From: Priapulus caudatus
Taxonomy: Eukaryota
Assembly: GCF_000485595.1 (NCBI RefSeq)
Contig: NW_014577072.1
Span: 356,860 to 420,859 of the forward strand
Length of the DNA stretch: 64,000 nucleotides
Direction: 5' to 3'
A model generated the notes under the pieces. The model saw only the letters and a program-made list of their open reading frames with translations, searched no databases and had not been told where the DNA came from. A program made the translations under genes and the position numbers. Below are positions 61,870 through 64,000 of this stretch, one piece after another (positions within the stretch are counted from its first letter, which is position 1; each line of letters opens with the position of its first letter).

Positions 61870-64000
61870 GCCGGCGCGCGACTTGGAGAAGGAACTTCAA
61901 TAGTTCACGCGCGAACGTGAGTCGTCCACCATGACAGCAACTATCAGCACGCTGACGCAGGGAGACTTGACCATAGCTCAGTATGGAGAAGCTCGCCGCG
62001 CCGAGCACGGACGCCGAAAATTCAAGGGTCCAGGCGAGACATCCTCAAGGTTCTGAGGTCGCAATAGCCGGCTCGTGACGGAGCGAGACGCGGGGCGCGC
62101 GAAACAGCCGAGCGACAGGCGTGCTGCTTGCCAACCTGCAGACGCTCCAGAACAACCTCCGAGCGGCCCTCAGAGCAGAGACGCGCGCCGGCTGCACGAC
62201 CAGGTGAACCTGACGCGACGTGGCGCTGCTGCGCCGCCAAGCACGACCCTGCGACAGTCGCGCCACTGGCCCGCGCCGCCGCAAGGGGCTGCGACAGCCA
62301 GCGACTGAAGAGACCTGAGTCCGGCCAGCTCAGAGCGAGCTCGTACGCGCACCAGAAGACGCCGAGGACCGCACCGGCGACACCGAGCCGCTCGCGAAGC
62401 CTCAAGCAGCGACTGGTGACGCCCGATGCTCAAGCTGCCGCAGCGAGAGCCGGCTGTCGCAGCCGAAAACCTGAGCCGCAGATCGGCCGCCAAGGAGCGC
62501 AGCCTGGAAGAGGTGTCCGCGCAGCTTGGCGGCGGCGCAGCAGGAGGCGGAGGGGGCTAGTGCGCCGCGCCAGCCTGACGCATCGCGACTCCGCAGCGTG
62601 CCGATCAGTTACCGCGCCATCGCCGACAGCGCGAGGCGAAGCCTCGCCGAGCCAGAGAATCGAGCAGCCGCACTCTGCAGGCGGCTGTCGAGTCGGTGTC
62701 GCCGAGGCCGCGCGGCGAGCACGACCCTCGCGCAGCGGCTCGCGGCGACGCAGCGTGCAGCACGATGCCCGCGCAGAGAAGGCAGAACGCGTGCCTGCTT
62801 CGAGCAGAACTCGACGGCATGGCGGACCTGCTGGGCGTAAGCTCGTCCCCGCAGAAACGAGGCTCGCCAGTACGCTCGCTCAGCAGAAGGACCGCCGGCG
62901 CTGTGGAGGGCGCGCGCGACCTCACCGCGCAGGCGGGCTCCGCCCGACCGCAGCCGTGAAGTACGGAGGCGCAGCTTGTGCGCACGCCGCGACGGCAGAG
63001 CCTGACGACGTTTGCGCGAGCAGAGGCTCGACGGTGATGACGCGCATGCTCTTGTGACTCTTGCCCGCACCCCGAGGACGCAGCCGCAAAGGCCGAGCGA
63101 AGACGCTGAGCCAGCAAGCAGCCTTGCGGAGCAGCCCGACAGGCGCGCGCCGGAAGAGCGAGTGCGCGCAGTTGCGAGACGCCGCAGCGCGAGCTGCAGC
63201 AGCACAAACGAGGTGCTGCCACCGCACATGGAGACGATGTCCACGCAGATTGCGCGCGGTACGAGCCGCGCGCGGAGCGCCGACACGTCGCTTTACGACA
63301 CGCTCGACATGTCGATGTCGGCCGACGACGGCCAGAAGTCGCGGAGCAGCTGCTCGAATCCTGCCGCTACCGCGCCGCGGAAGGCTATGTGCGACGACAC
63401 AAGCACAGTAAGGGCGCGCGCTGGACGCGCGCCCAGAAAGGGCGCGCGCCGCAGCTCGGCGCTAGCCAGAGCTGCGAGTGTGGACGAGCCATCGCCGAGG
63501 GACGCGTCGCTGGCTGGATCGATGGACGCGCGCCGTGTGTGGGGTGGTGCGTGACGGTGCCGAGCCACGCCCTCACTCATGGAGGTAAGGCCGAGACACT
63601 GCCGTGACTAACGTGCTCGTCCCGACACAACAAAGTCTGCTGCGCGACAGAAGGACGCCCCCCCCCCCGCCTCCACCGATGCAGGCCGCAGAGCAGCAGA
63701 GCGCCGCTGCCGCCCGAGGCGCCGAGCTGCTGCCCTCACAGAAGTCGCCGTGTTGGGAGGCAGCGCGACGCTGCGCCACGCGCTGCAGACGCGAGACGCG
63801 GCGCACTCGCGACGAGGGAAGCCGCTGGAGACCGCACAAACCAGCTGCTCGGCACGCAGCACCAGGTCACGCCGAGGAGTACAGAAAGCTCGTCACGAGA
63901 CGAGAAGCAACGCCAAACAGTTCCTCGCGCTCATCAGGAAGCGAGCGGCACACAAGCATGACCGAGAGCGTCGCACGCGCAGCGGGTGCGCGCTGCACCG
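61870..64000 (+). other. TPR: Indel-riddled fragment (copy D) of the TPR giant exon, corresponding to ~44390-46430
   Basis: Recognisable shared strings (ctgcttgccaacctgcagacgctccagaacaacctc; atggagacgatgtccacgcagat; gacacgctcgacatgtcgat) with dense indels; no sustained TPR frame. Confidence 0.8.

Noticed and set aside
61676..61903. QRESWER-repeat ORF as a TPR exon
   Set aside because: Driven by a 21-bp repeat at a noisy junction; no splice or homology support.

Overview
Eukaryotic (invertebrate-type metazoan) genomic DNA with GT-AG introns, microsatellites, many small DNA transposons and three assembly gaps; the species cannot be fixed from the sequence. Three protein-coding genes could be reconstructed by hand. 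(1) A 7-coding-exon MIIP-family gene (+, 11000-17969, ~1257 aa) whose conserved C-terminal MIIP region follows a ~1000-aa single-exon extension built largely from degenerate ~20-aa repeats with several QT(D) motifs. (2) A complete 16-exon FARSB gene (-, 28534-19439, 590 aa). (3) Nucleoprotein TPR/Megator (+), head-to-head with FARSB, whose coiled-coil region is one ~4.8-kb GC-rich exon; its 3' end lies outside the window. TPR occurs as four overlapping copies (A ~30015-40987, B 41013-50448, C ~59550-61600, D ~61870-64000). Dense indels, 25-N gaps and a shared error-containing 708-bp block indicate long-read gap-fill/haplotype artefacts rather than paralogues, although the copies differ by two real-looking transposon presence/absence events. 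50.5-59.5 kb is low-quality repeat DNA (fold-back element, ~80-bp and ~575-bp tandem arrays). No rRNA, tRNA, CRISPR or prokaryotic system was seen. The best novelty candidates are the repeat-expanded MIIP-like protein, a family of palindromic TAG...CTA elements with 9-bp TSDs and an apparent CGGCC target preference, and the intron-less TPR mega-exon.
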